Counted from the stretch's first letter, positions 25,291 through 39,036 are shown. The stretch is DNA of 64,000 bases from Chlorokybus atmophyticus (GCA_009103225.1 RHPI01001737.1:438223-502222); one strand, 5' to 3'. The notes: generated by a model not told the origin, from the letters alone. Numbers and translations are program-made.

Positions 25291-27284
25291 AGCACAATTT
25301 GAATTCGCACACCATTAAACAGCCAAGACACAGCGCGCGCAGCGCTGGGCCACAGCATATACACACAAGATATCGATATCTTGACAACACCACATCACCT
25401 AACCGACACGCATCACATATGCTAACCACGGTTCTTCTCTACGCGAACACAGCTGATTGACAGCCGTTTCGCACCCTCGTTCACGGCACGACAGTGTCAA
25501 CTGAGCACGCTGAACTCACGCAAATCTACGCTGTCAATCAGCTTCGTGCCAACGACATTCAACAATGTTCACGATTGACTCACGTCGCGAGGGCGCATCG
25601 CTGCCGTCGGTCTGCTCCAATATCACACAGCCGGCATAATCTTTCGCCCATTAGCGTCAGGACTGAGATGCGCCTGCAGCGGTGGGCCTCAGGCGCTATG
25701 TGACACAGCGACACTGCGTGCCATACTGTGCGGAGCAGACTGCAGGCGCATGCACATGCAACACACAGCCAGCACATCAGTATGGGCGTATATACATATA
25801 TAAAAAGTGGGGAAAACAGTGTTGGCCACACACGAACAGCGCGGGCACAGCTGACAACAACTAGCTAATCATATAGCTCAACTACTTATGCATTTTTTTC
25901 TGCCGGCGCTGGGGCATTCTTTCGCCAGGGGCGCTTGTCCTGCTGACGTCCGCCTCCCGCATTGTGCTGTGGTTGGTCATGGCGTCTATCTTTGTCCTTA
26001 CATCGCAAAATGTTTCCCGTGCCGGCCGACCAAATATTGGCAATGGCCGTGCCCCTGAGGATACTCATTTCGACTGTCGTGGCTCACTTCACTGGTAATC
26101 TCGATACAGGGACCTGAGCATAACGGCTGTCACCATCAATCGGCGGCCGTTTACAAAAAGAGCCTGACCCTAATTGACAGGTACCTGTCAAGTACCCATT
26201 AATCAAGCAAAAGGGAATTAACCTAACTGACAAGTAATGAACCAGCATCTAACAATTAGGCACCGGCGACCGTACATCAAATGATTGTGCCTGACAAGAA
26301 CCAGATGGTATCTGTATAGTACCGGCCATTATTAATGTGTACCATCATAGGTACCTGTTGGTACCGCTTGGTCATGATTATGCATCACACAATGATTGTC
26401 GTCAGCTGTGCAAGACGGTGACAAGTAATGAATTTGTAATGCCAATAAAGTTTTTATGCCACAATGTAAACTCCACGAAGCTATTGCTACTACTACTAGT
26501 AGTACAACTAAGCTACTATTTTTAGTCCTATCACCCTTGTACTAAGCTGCAGCTCTTACATCGCCCGCCACTTGAGCTGATAGCTCCGCCGCCGCTCCTG
26601 TAAAGTCAATTAACAGTAGCATACACGCCTACATGCTGTCGCTTGCCATGTATCGCCGCCGCCGCCGCGTCTGGCCTGGCCGCCCTATGGTACAAAGGGT
26701 GGGTAGGCTGCCTGCGCTGTTGCACATAACACAACGTTATGAAATACCGCAACTAAGCTCACCTACTGTTGGCCATTGCCGCCGCCGCCACCACCACCGC
26801 CGCCGCCGCCGCCGCTGCTGCAGCGCTGCTAGCCCCTGCACAACGCTCACAAGTCACGTGAGTCAAGTGTCAACTTGAATGAAGCCGTTCAGCTTTTGTA
26901 TGCTGCCAAAGACACGATGGCACAATCGTACTGTCAAAACGGTACGATTGTGCCATCGTCGCGATGGGAGCATCGTACTATGTTAATTGTACATCAAATG
27001 CAACGTATAAAAGTCACGACTTGCTGGCAATATGCAGCGACAAGTAGGAGTTGCCGGTCACTTGCTTGTCGCTAAAAGATTGCTGCCGCGCATCACATGC
27101 TACGGTTAGGTGATGATCGACATTCGGCCGGCACCACAAGTCACTATAAGGCGACCTGCTTGCCACAACAAGCAGGCCGCCGCGATGGCCAGGCTACGAT
27201 CAACAGTCGGCCGTCACTGCAAAGTCACATGCTTGCCATTTCAGGCAGGCAGCCATTACTTGTGTACTATTTACAGTTGATTGG

Positions 27285-27429
27285 CCGTCAACAACAGCCT
27301 TCCACAATAGCCGACGGCAGACCCAACAGTCCAAAAGTGACATGCTATGCACGGTCAAACACCCGTCAGTCCCTCAGTCCCTGGTCAGTCACTCAGTCCC
27401 TGGTCAGTCACCGTGTAAAATTTGCGACG
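27285..27429 (+). repeat. ~140-bp segment inverted-repeated at 33768-33915; probable transposon terminus
   Basis: GCCGACGGCAGACCCAACAGTCCAAAAGT...GTCAGTCACCGTGTAAAATTTGCGACG matches the reverse complement of CGTCGCAAATTTTACACGGTGACTGAC...ACTTTTGGACTGTTGGGTTTGCCGTTGGC. Confidence 0.75.
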
Positions 27430-27492
27430 TTTACGTCGGCGTGTCTTGCTCACGCTGTCTGTCACGGTGACCAGTATCCTTGTTGCTGAGAA

Positions 27493-28800
27493 TCATGAGC
27501 GTGGCATAGTAAGCAACAAAGCGCAGCATGCATGCAGCGCAGATGCACACAAGGGCACGGCTAGTGGCCACCATGCACATGCCGCCCTTAAACAGATCAG
27601 ACACCTGGCAACGTGCTGGAACTGACTGCAATGCTGCGCAGCCGTGCGCCGCACTTCATTGTAAAGGTTGAGGATCCCGTCGATGAGACGAGCCTCCGTA
27701 TATGTCTTCAAGAGCTTTGTCTTGGCTGCTTCCAACAAGCGTGCACAATCTTCACTGAATGACGCGGCGTTGTTTTCTCTAAACTCGCGGAACAAGCTAG
27801 CTTCTAGCAGCACATGTATATATGCCGCCATGAGCGGGTACCTTGAATCCATGACAATCTTGGAACGCCTCCACATGTTAAGGAGGCCTCCCATGGATGT
27901 GTCATTGTTGATGCGGTTTGCAATGTTTTGCCGCACCCGCACATAGTGAAATGTGCCAGTGAATTGCATGACATGCATGCCGTTGGGTGCAAGCACCATG
28001 CCGTTGGTGTTGGTAGACCCATTTTCATCCTCGATGGGCGGTGCGGGAGTGTGCGCGGTGGCATCCACAAGAAACACACATGAAGCGGGAACTTGTGCTT
28101 TGAGTTGTGAGGGTAAGAGTGTGGTGTTGAGGGTGCCTAGTGCGGAATCCTCCACGCCGTCAGCACGCGCTACCAAGCATTCACCACTCATGCTATGAGC
28201 ACCACCTTGTTGACGAGGGCGTGGAGGTCACGAGGAGGAGCCACGTCCTCACTACTCGCCGCCCCCATCTTCCTCGCTGGAGTTTAAGGCCATGAAGCTC
28301 TCCACGGCAGCGGTGAGGGCCTGGAAGGCCCCAGCTGCAGCGGCAAAGTCACATTGGCAGCGCCGGCGCCCTGCGCTCCTGGCAGCACGCAGGGCCTCCA
28401 TGCGGGAACAGCGAGAACCGGAGGAACCGCTCCTTCCGGAGGAACCGCTCTTTCCGGAGGAAGGGGTGGAGGTGGCTGACAGGGGAGAGGTGGGGGAGGT
28501 TGCGCCGCCTGAAGAAGTGGGGGAGGCGCGTGAGACGTGGCCTCCAGTTGTGGGGGAGAGCGGCGGGAGGAATGAGCGCGGCTCCGTACTGGGGCTCTGC
28601 GCCTGGCAGGGCTACGGCTGCGACTGCGGCGGAAGGTCCTGCTGCGGCCGGGGCTCTGGCTCCGGTTCCGCTCCCACAATGGCGTCGGGGAGCTGCTGCG
28701 CTGAGGGCGCTGCAGGTGGCGGGAGCTGCGGCGAGGGCTCCGTCGGTTTAGGTTTTGGGGTTGTTGTTGTTGTTGTTGTCTTCAAGGCTGTGACTACGTA
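27493..28800 (-). CDS. Hypothetical protein (232-aa open globular region plus upstream low-complexity S/P/R-rich part)
   Basis: Long open frame 27493-28191 with protein-like composition (CVFLVDATAH, FTGTFHYVRV); upstream frames are low-complexity. No family recognised. Confidence 0.45.
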
Positions 28801-31800
28801 CAACAGTCATCTTAGCAACTGGAATTGTTGTGCTTTTCGCTAGTCCTCTTTGCTTCTAACAGCAACAGCAGTTGTTGTGTTTGTTCACGCAACAGTGCTG
28901 CAGCAACAGCAACGGCTGCTACCATTGTTGCGTTTTGCTTATTGTCGTTTTTGTTACTTTGAAGCCGTGTTATGTTTCGTCAACTTGCTGCCAGCAATTG
29001 TTTTTCATTCTGCAGCAGTGGAGACTGCGGCTCGCTAGTACTGTTTTCGTTGTTTCATTTCAGTGGTGAACGTTGTCATCGTACAACTGTTATCTAGTCT
29101 TTAAGTTTGGTTGATTACTAGTTGTACAGCAGCAGCAGCAGTAGTTGACTGAACTACTACGGCCGTCATACAGCAGCAGCAGCTGCAGCAGTAGCTGCTG
29201 CTGCCAAGCTATTGTCGTGGTTGCAGTTCTCGTCACCCATCTCATTCAACATACCTTCCTCGCTGCCTTCCAACACAGCCCCTCCGGCAACAGCTGCAGC
29301 CCTCGACTGTTGGCTGCCGACCGTTGGGGCTGTTGCTTTACCTACCCCACAACCCTTCCCTTGACAGCACTCCACTGTTTGACAGTTGACTGTCATCAAT
29401 CATACAATAGTCGTGGACTGTTGGTTGACAGTCGCGCAGGCCAAGGAGGATCCATCGCTCATGTACAGTGTGAGTTTTGTGATGTAAGAACATCACACTA
29501 GCTTGGTTCTACACTCACTTGCTGCCTAACTTACCAGCACATTGCGTCCCTACACACGCATGCATATGCATGCACGCGCGAATGCACGCATGTTCCACAT
29601 ACCGATTCAACACAAGAGCACACACACACAAGCCACGCACAGGCCGCCGCTGCCAATGCTGCGAAGGCTAACGGCGAAGGCTAACGGATCTTCTGTTTAA
29701 ACACCTCGTCCTGAACTAGCTGGTAACCCGCGTGCATGCATAACAATGCGTGAACATTGCACCAAGCAAAGGTGCATATTGCATTGTGCGCATGCGCAAT
29801 GGTGTGGGTACATGCTTGCTCCCTTGCTACACGGTGAATTACTGCCACGGGCTCTGTGCACTCCACTGCACTCGGCTGCATGACTTGGTTGTATGTTCAT
29901 GCACGAGTGTGTAGTGTCGTGTGTGCATGCGCATGCACATGTTTGTGCTCGTGCAGGTACCTGCGTGTGCACGTGTGCGTATGTGCGTGTGTGAAGCTTC
30001 ACAAGTGAGTTTTTGCAGGAAAGCAACGTAGCTGAGCAGCATGCTAAGTTCTGGACACGACCAACTACAAGCACAGGATGCTTTGGCACCACAGTGTCAA
30101 CGTCCAGCAGCTTGGTGATTTGCAAAAGGCCCGCAGCCTCGACCGAGGCTGCGGACGCACACACTCGCCATTGCACAGCAGAGACTAGCAAGGGGGCTCA
30201 AGATAACAGCCGGCGTGTTAGCAACCCGTGCCTCTCTCCCTCACTTTGCTAAACCTTAGCCGCATCAACATCATCTGGTGCGTACGCGTGTGTATGCATG
30301 CATGGTGTACATGTGGGCGTGTGCGTGTGAGCATGCGTGTGCGTCAGTGTGTTGCGCAAGTGCGTGCCTAGCATACGCATGGTTTGGTTGCACGACATTT
30401 CTTCACCACCAGCGCCAGAAACCACAACCACGACAACATGCGCTCAACCGTGACACTGTGCTGGCAGCTGAGGGCTTCCCACAGCAGGGCTGTGGGAAGG
30501 GCTTGACAGCCTCGGCTGTCAAGAGGACTGTTGGTTGCTTACAGTCGCGCACAAGTGTGTGCCCTCACAGAAGTCACTGACACTTGTGACAAGCACAAGC
30601 GTGCTCACAAACATGCATGTTTGTACGCATGCACAAGCTCAACACGCAGAGACTTGCACACGCATGCTCACACACGCGTATACGCACACTCGCACACGCA
30701 CATTTGCAGGCCCTACTCACTAGCCGAGGTGCAGCAGCACTTGGGAGAGGGAGCAAGAAAGACTAAAGACTATTCTACGTGCACTCACCCCCCTCCCCCC
30801 NCTAATCTCTCGGCATGCGCGCAGGCCTTAGAAGTGGGTGGGTGGGTGGGTTTTGCATACTGGTGCGTACAAGTGGTGCGTATCTTCTGCTTCATTGCTC
30901 GTCTCCATGTGTTAGCAGTCCTGTGCAAGTGTGCAGGTCTTTGTCATCAATTTTGCTCTCGTGTGCGCATTTGCGCATGCATGCGTGCGTGCGTGTTCGC
31001 GCGCATGCACACGCACACATACACAGCAACCTTTTACTCTGCGGCTGCGCACGCAGCCCCCCCACAACGGCGTCAACTTCATCGCCTGGCGCCAACCGCG
31101 GGCCTGACTGGCCGGGGCTGCTGCCACGGGCTGGTCAGCCCGTGGCAGTCCGCACCACGGTGTAGGGCTTCAGTTGTGGAAGTGGCGCAGGCAGTCGAGG
31201 TGAGGGGTGGGTGGGTGCGTAGTCGGGACGTTCAATGTCAGCTGGTCAGCAGCTTGCAGCTCGACGTCTTGGACCTCACTCGCCCTGCCTGACAGCCATT
31301 GACTGCTGGGAGGACAGTCCTCGACTGTCAAAACACATTTACTGTCATTTACTGTCGCATCATTCAAGGTGCGCGCAAGGCCTGTCTGCATGCTGCTTTG
31401 CCTTGTGTCGCATGCATAGTCGCATGTAGAGGTGCACAGACAACCACACAAACAGTGCCACATATATCACAACTTGTGGTCGCGCACACCGTGTGCGTGA
31501 CACTCACGCACGCACATGCGCATCGCATGATTGTGTTGTGCCCGCGTATGTGCATCATGGCATTCACGACAGTTATTGGCCGTTGTGGCAAGCATGCACA
31601 CAGTAACTCGCAAGCTTGTACGCACGCACAAGCACATGACCATGCGGAGACTTGCACTGCATGTGGCACGCACGCGCAGTCACATGCTCAAACACGTGCA
31701 TGCACATGCAAGCCCAGCCAATCAGCCAAGGTAAGGCAGTACTTGCGGAGAGAATGACAAGCGGACATTACGCTAAGCAGCAGGTATCAACTTTGTAGCG

Positions 31801-32639
31801 CTTAATTCACTGTTGCACGGAGTCTGCACGTTTGTGGACTTTTGGCTGTCACCTCACATAGACAAGCACTCGTGCGCGGGTACTGCTCTTCTAACATGTG
31901 CAGGCCCTTGTGGGTGAGAAGGAAGAAAGGGGGGTTTGTTAAGCAGCAGGTACAAAGTGGTTGTGATGTGCTTGCGATTGTCAATGGTTCGGCTGTCCAC
32001 TAGCCTCACTGTCGACTAGCCTCACGCGCGCGCACGCGCATGTGCAGGACCTTGTACTAGCTAAGGTGTGGCGCCTCTTATGGGTGATAATGAGGAGCGG
32101 TTACCAGGGTCTTACAGGTAAAACTTTCTGTGGTTACGTCTTGCATATTTGTCACATGCTAACTGTCGCCTGTTGCACGGCACAAGCGCATGTGTGACTT
32201 GTTCTTTGATGTAGGTTTGTAGAAGGCTCTTGCTGTATAGGCTTAAGGGTAGTTTGCACCACATGTAGCTGCAACCATTAAGTGAATTCTTGGTTGTGTA
32301 CTTTTATCTATTGTCCTGTGTGCTATGCATTGTGTGACCGCATGCTGGCAGGCATTGTCGACAGCGCCAGCTGTGGTGGAAGCCGTGGCTATGGCCTGTC
32401 AACCGCAAAGCCCGTGGCCTGGCCGTGCTGGCGTGGTCTCCACCAGGCCAGCACGACCAGGTCAGCGGCCTGACCTGGTGCTTTCGGTGTTAAGCACCAG
32501 GCCGCCCGCCAAGCCATGAGCAGCGGCTGCCTAATGAAGGTTGCAGTTAAATTGCTGCAACTGACTGTCATTAGCCGCCAGAGCACAGTTAGTTTATTGC
32601 ACTTTTAACCGGCCATTAGTCGGTCTTTAAATCTATGCT

Positions 32640-32943
32640 GGTCCGAGTGCGACCCGCCAACGCACCATGAATTATTGTAATTCATACACCATGATGGTCC
32701 CCGAACGCTTGAACAGCGCGCACCAAGCATGGTCCACGCTGTCGCACATAAACTCTAAAAATTTCACGCACCAGCCATGGTGCGTCCCAATGGACACGGG
32801 GGACCTATGACGTGAAATTCGGACCATGTATGGTCCGACTGTCGATGAAGCACCGACCATGCATGGTCCACCAATTTACTTGGGAGGAAAATCCCGGTCC
32901 TGCGTCACCGACCATTCATGGTCCTTTGACGTCAGGCGGTGTG
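32640..32943 (+). mobile_element. Right terminus of a CACAC-family DNA transposon
   Basis: ...GACCATTCATGGTCCTTTGACGTCAGGCGGTGTG, closely matching the 7707 end (also GGAAAATCCCGG and the ACCAT/ATGGT array). Confidence 0.8.
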
Positions 32944-34331
32944 ACGAAGATGCTGGCTCATTATAAGAGGGAGAAGGAGACGAGAAGACAAGAGCAGGCT
33001 CAAGCAAAGGCTGACGCACAAGCTGTTGCAAAGACACAGAGAGGAGCAACAACATGCAGCATAAGCAGAGGAGGCGCAGTGAGCACAGTCTGCAAAGGAG
33101 GCCCAGGTTTTGCTGATGCGCTACATATGGGACCCTATGGAGTGCCACAACTAGCTGGGAGACCCCTTGTGGAACTATGCAGAGGCCTTTACAAAGCGAC
33201 ACTTCAGACTTGACCCCGCACACAACCAGCAGGTGAAAGAGGCAGGCGCCCGCTGGCGAGAGAAGCGGAAGACCAAGCACACACCAACCACCACACCGCC
33301 TTAGACTTAGGTAGACTTAGCAGTAAAACTCATGCATGCTGTACATAATCAAGCCAACAACCTCTATAACCTTATGTTGTCGCTGGCCTTGTGCATGTCA
33401 TCTATGCATGTCACATGACGGTCAGGGCGCCGCCGCCACACCCCACGGCATCACACAATGACCAACAACTTTACCGTCAAAGCTTCGAGCTTGGCTGCAT
33501 CATGAATCGCCAACGCATCACAGCTATCGCTGCCTGCCACAGCGCCTGCCACAACAGCCCACATCCACTCTATAATGGCTGCAAGGCCTCCGGAAAAAGG
33601 CTCAGCAAAGGCTGCAACTTGCAGCCTCACTGAGGCCTTTCACTCGCGTCTCAAGTCCTCAAGTTAGGGCTTGGGGACTTTTAAGCTATCTGCCCTCACA
33701 CCCCAACTTTGGCGCGCTATATCCGACACGCTATAGCGCAAAAAAATACAACAAAAATAATGCTATGTCGTCGCAAATTTTACACGGTGACTGACTAAGG
33801 ACTGAGGGACTGACTGGTGCCTGAGCCTGCCTAAGCCTGCCTGTTGCTGCCTGAAATATTACTTTTGGACTGTTGGGTTTGCCGTTGGCTTAAGTGGACT
33901 GACGCAGACGGCCGCGGGCCGAAAGTGGTTGTCAGTGGCACTAACCGGCCGAGAGTTGTCAACCAGTTACCCTTTGGTCGATGTGCACAGACGGCCGTTA
34001 ACCGGTAGTTACGGACAGCTGACAGCCATAGCCGGCAGTTTCGTTGCCGTTACACTGCTGTTAATATGTGACCCTTGCCATTTGACAAAAGTTGGCAATT
34101 CTTGCCGTAAGCCAACACTAACATGCCATGCAGCTTGTACAAACCTTGGACTGATTGTTTGGTCTTGCACCTAAAAGCCCACAATATATACAATGTACGG
34201 GCAGTGGTGAGAGTATGTCCACTCACAACTGAGCAGCCGACTTGCGCATGAAACTATCCTATAACATTGAGTCTAGCTGTCGGACTCATGCGCAGCTTGT
34301 CAACCCGTGGTGCCTGCCTAAGAACTCCTCC

Positions 34332-35205
34332 TCAAACCCCCTCCTCCTGTTCCTCCTCCGACGAGTCTTCTGCTTCAACGCCGGAGTCATCTTCATCCGC
34401 TGCCTCGCTCGCTGACAGTACAGCGGCTACTTCGTCCTTCAGCTTGAATGTCAGCGCCTCGCCGTGCACGCGCATGCGCTTGATGGTCGCTTTGAGAGTG
34501 ACCACCTGCATTTGGTAATGCTGTAAGAGTGGCGTGCTGCCAGAGGACTAGCCCATCAGCATACACACGCTTACCTCGTCTTCCGCTTTGTTGCACTCCG
34601 CCAGGCAGACAGTCAGCCTGCCGCGCTGCTCTTGGTTCACTCTGACCAACATGGCAATCTGCAAGCATACTGCTTAATTACCGCTGGAAACATTAAACTA
34701 GGTCATAGATTACCCGTTCGTTTGACTCCGCAGCTTCTCTTTTGCGACTTGTGAGCTCCCGCAAGTAGAAATAGGCTGTGCATTTGCGAGATTGGTCATG
34801 CTGTTCATGTGCATGACACTGGAGGTTGTGCATGAGGGTGTGCATGTCGTATTGACAATGTATGTCAAGTGCAAGATACTTGAGGCTGTGCATGTGCAAG
34901 ATAAAAGAACCCTAGCATGTGGCATTGACAGTGCATCGTAACCCACCTTGGTTATGCCAGTCTTGTTTGGTCCCTTCAATCATGTCGCCGTGGTCGCAGC
35001 TGCTGGTGGGTCGGATTTTCTTAGAGGCAGTATTGTGGTGTGCCTTTGCCCACTCGGAGGGGGAGCCCTGTAAGATATCGCCCGAGTCACTGTTGTCATT
35101 GGATGTGCCCTTGGTAGTCTTGGTGGGGTTTGACACCGAGGACACCCCTCCGGCACCCTGCCCGCCCTGTGCGAACATGGAATTCATCCCGGACCTCGAC
35201 CACAA
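34332..35205 (-). CDS. Hypothetical spliced gene divergent from the Plavaka transposase
   Basis: Exon-like frames (HMHSLKYLALDIHCQYDMH..., VVTLKATIKRMRVHGEALTFKLKDEVAAVL...acidic tail EEEQEEGV*) separated by GT-AG segments. Start uncertain. Confidence 0.4.
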
Positions 35206-35368
35206 TGCCCACTACGCCCCTGGCAGCGCCGCCAACGATCTTCCAAACGCCACATACCCTCGGCATCACGCCCCTGTAAGGGCATAGCTTGGCGGAGCTA
35301 TCAATGGTGTTTTCATGCGCAGGGGGACTGACATTGCCAGAGTTGTCAATGGTACGAACTGCCATTGC

Positions 35369-35539
35369 CATTGTACAAAGGTACCATTTCAATGGTACCT
35401 TTGTACAATGCCTAGACCTTTTGGCAAAGGCATCTTCGTACCATTGAAACGGTTCAATCAGAATATATATGTATATAAAAATATCCAGAGACTCACCCTG
35501 GACGTGCAATGGCTCGTTCGTACCATTATAATGGTACGA
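35369..35539. promoter_or_regulatory. Cluster of GTACCAT-based palindromes in a divergent intergenic region
   Basis: 20-bp-arm hairpin at 35369-35410; perfect 22-bp palindrome TCGTACCATTATAATGGTACGA at 35518-35539. Confidence 0.5.
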
Positions 35540-35690
35540 CGGAGCCAGTGACTGGCGGCCAAGTTTCCCGCCTCTGGCATGCAAGGGTAGCGGTAGCGGT
35601 GGCGGTGGCGGCGGCGGCGGCGGGTGTGCGTGTTGCTGGATATGATGCAGGTTACATTGGCGACACCTGTGTCGACGTTAGTAGTGAGAT

Positions 35691-38600
35691 ATGGGAGTCC
35701 TTTGTCCGTATTGCCACATGCGCTTCGCCACACGCAGCTCGGTCTACATGCACATTATTAGCAGCAGGGTGTGCAAGCAGATCAAGCTGTATGTCGGCCA
35801 GCGTCCATTACAGTACGATGCGGGTCATGTTGAACCGGGGAGTTCGATCCAGGATGCTCACATGCTTGATGCTGAAGGATTCCTTCAGGAGACACACGCA
35901 CAGCAGCAACAGGAGGAGGAGGAAGTGAACGAGGGCTTTCGATGTGTGCGTGTGCCTGAGAAACCTGTGGCACGCCAACATGGAAGTGGAGGCGTCCCTT
36001 CGCACGCGTCGGAATCCAGGTGGTATGGCTCGGAGCATGCTCTTGCAGTGGCATTCGTGCAGTGCAACAACGGCCAAGGCCTGTCGGCCTCCGACATGGG
36101 GCGGATCATCAAGTGCATCCGAAATGCACACTTCCTGACGGAAGAGCTCCAGTGGGAGACCGGTGTGCATGCGGCCAGCTACCTCCGGACCACGATTGCT
36201 TTCTCTCAGTCTGAGGTGTGTTCACGGTGTGCGGTGCATGTGCTTCAACCATCAGAGCCATGTCACATATGCACATGCGAGTGTGCTGCCGTATCAGAAC
36301 TACGTGACGGCTGACCTGCGCAAGCCTGGAGACCCTGAGGATCAGGACATCTGCGTCACATATATGCCGGCCAAGGTCTGTGAAATGCAGTACCTAATGC
36401 AGTATCGATGCAGTATCTATTCTGAGGCCAGCATAGTAAGTAATGCTCTTGGTCGGAGCAGGTATGGCTCGCGCGGTTGTATGGCAATCCACATGCCGCC
36501 AATGGCTTCAATCTCCAGTACACTGGTGACGAGCACAGCTTTGGCCATCCTTCCACGGGCGATTGGTGGAAGGATGTGGAGGTGGATTTGAGGAGAGAGG
36601 TGGGGGAAGCGTCCTACTTGGCGCCTGCCATTCTGTACAGTGACAAGACCACGCTGGACAGCGCGGGCAAGCGCTCTGGCTACCCTCTGATGGCATCGCT
36701 TGCCAACTACAGTTGGGACATGTATGCTAGCAACATGGGGGTTGTTATGATAGCGCTTCTGCCGGTGGTTCACGCAGTGGCCGGGCATCCCACCTGGGCG
36801 CAGGGCAAGGAATCGTTCTCCATTCGGAAACGTGAGATTTTTCATGACGCTTTGAATGTAGTGTTAGGGGATGTGAAGCGGGCGAGTTGGGAAGGTCTGC
36901 AGCTCATCGACCCGAATGGCATCGAGCGTCGTGTGTTTCCCGCGCTTGCCAACTACATCAGCGATTTGCAGGTAGTGGGCATGAATGGTTGTAACCGGAT
37001 GCAGCCCGCCAGCAAACAGTGCATGGAGGATGTTGTCAGTAGAACATCTGAGTTTGTCGTGTTGTAGGAGACTGCCACACTCGCACGCACTGTGTCGGGC
37101 AACCAAACACGACATCCTTGCGATGTTTGTCTCGTCACCAAATCAGATCTGTTGGAGATGGATGAGGACCGGGAATTGAGAACCGAGGCCTTCTACACAC
37201 CAGCAATACGTCAGCTGCGGGCGGACCTGCATAGCGGTGTTAGGAATGCACGCCAGACAGCCAAGGCTTTCAAAGAGCAGCACTCCATGCATGTCGAGGA
37301 GGTAATGGTCAAATTACCGGCATTCGTGAGGATGAATGGCTTTCCGTGAAACCAGGCAATGTGGTTTGGCAACAGAATGCACTGTGGGGTTGGCGACAGT
37401 CGCGGGTGCCGGGAGCTGACTGCTACTCTCGTCTTGCCCCTGACGCAATGCATGTGCTGGGAGGCATCATTGACCACCTGCTTGCTGCTGTGTACGACGC
37501 CGCGAAGGAACGAATGCGTCCATCCACGAGACAGATTCTGCAGGCCAGGCACGTCTTTGGTGTTGCTTTTGTGTTGAACACAAAAGCCAACAACACGTGC
37601 TCACGAGCAGATGTGCACAGGCTGAATGCATGCAAGGCGACTCTGCGGGTTTCGCACTTCAAGGCACCCACAAGCACAGTAGATTTCTTCCTGTCCGACC
37701 ACTCCTTTCAGGTGGTGGAGAAAGTGGCGGTGCTGCAGCTGCTGCCGGTCCTCGCAGACGGTTTGCTGCTCGACAGTGAGGGCAACGATTTCTTCACCAT
37801 TGCTGCCGCATCGCTTGCCCAGTGGAACAAGAAGTTGCTGAAGGCGCATGAACACACAAGAGAGACCCTGACCACAGCCGACAACGAGCTGGCTGCCTTC
37901 AAAGCTGCAGTGTTGCATCCGCTACTGTCGTCATATTCTGCACAGAAGTCAGGTTGGAAGATCGAGAAGATGCATCAGCTCACTCATTTTGGGCCGGCAA
38001 TTGTCAGCAGTGGACACCCAGATTGGTTCAGCGCCAACCGCATGGAGCAGACGCACGCCCAAAATATCAAACGGTGGGCGCGTGGTGGCAACAACCGGGA
38101 CTACCAGGCACGTATCCTGAAGGCATGGAGCTGTGCGGAATATGTGAGAGAGGATGGCATGGTCGTGGATCCCGAGATGCGCTCGGTCATGGCGCAGGCG
38201 CGGCAGCAGTGCTGTAATGTCATGGAGAAGACGGACAAGTTGCTACGGATGGATGTGCTGACAAGGAGGGAGTCCAGCCCGTACTGGAGCGGATCTGCGC
38301 GTAGCCGCCAAGTCGCCTTGAAGACTCCATTTGCCGACAAGCTGCCTGCCACCCTTGACAGCTGGTTGAGGAGGGAACAACTGGAGTTGGCCGACGGGTG
38401 GCGTGCTGTTCGCGTGGTGAACGGAGGCGCAGCGGTGTACATGACATCAGGAGTCAGCATGGCGCGCGCAACTGGGATGTTCCATGGGCGGCCTTGGTTC
38501 TCTACACTTGAGTTGGAAGGTGATGAGGACGGTGTGAACGTGACGTGGTGGGCTCAGGCACTCCTTTTTCTGCGCGTGGTGGTGTGGGGTGGTAGCGGCG

Positions 38601-38833
38601 AGCGCGTGTGGAAGGAGGTCGTGTTTGTCCGCTGGTACACGAAGCTGGATGTGACGAGCGACACAAAGTGCATCGCTCTGGAATGGGAAAAGCGTCGAGG
38701 CGGTCCACATCTCGATGTCGTGACTCTGGAGCAAGTAAAAGGCATTGTCCAGCTGCTCCCCATGTTTGACAAGGACAGCGCCCGTGTACAAGAGGGCAAG
38801 TATTGGGTGAACGTTCACTGCACTTCCACGTGA
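35691..38833 (+). CDS. Plavaka-family transposase (multi-exon) with N-terminal C2HC/C2H2 finger
   Basis: CPYCHMRFATRSSVYMH; GDWWKD; ILYSDKT...GKRSGYPLMASLAN; IALLP; IFHDALNVVL; ERRVFPALANYISDLQ|E; PCDVCLV; APDAMHVLGG; KMHQLTHF..AI..SGHPD.FSANRMEQTHAQNIK..AR; C-terminal FLRV..EVVFVRWY. Whether the exon 2/3 junction is intact is uncertain. Confidence 0.88.
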
Positions 38834-39036
38834 CACATGTACTTGTCTCACTACTCTGAGTTTGGAGCATATCAGTCAGTTAGGCATTGCTAATCGTATG
38901 CTAAGACTTTTGCATGTGGACGTGTACAATACCGGGCAGCTGTCACTGCACAACTGTCACCACAATCGAATGATCCATGCAACATTCAACAATCAGTCCG
39001 CCGTGTGGCATTAAGCATCAATACAGTGCACCACAC

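Noticed and set aside
29500-31800. Many short His/Cys/Ala/Thr-rich ORFs
   Set aside because: Products of CA/TG-rich low-complexity intron-like DNA. A real gene with small exons may exist here but cannot be modelled from sequence alone.
31940-31970. GTACAAAGTGGT resembling a Gateway attB site
   Set aside because: Only a 12-bp match with no other vector sequence; expected by chance.
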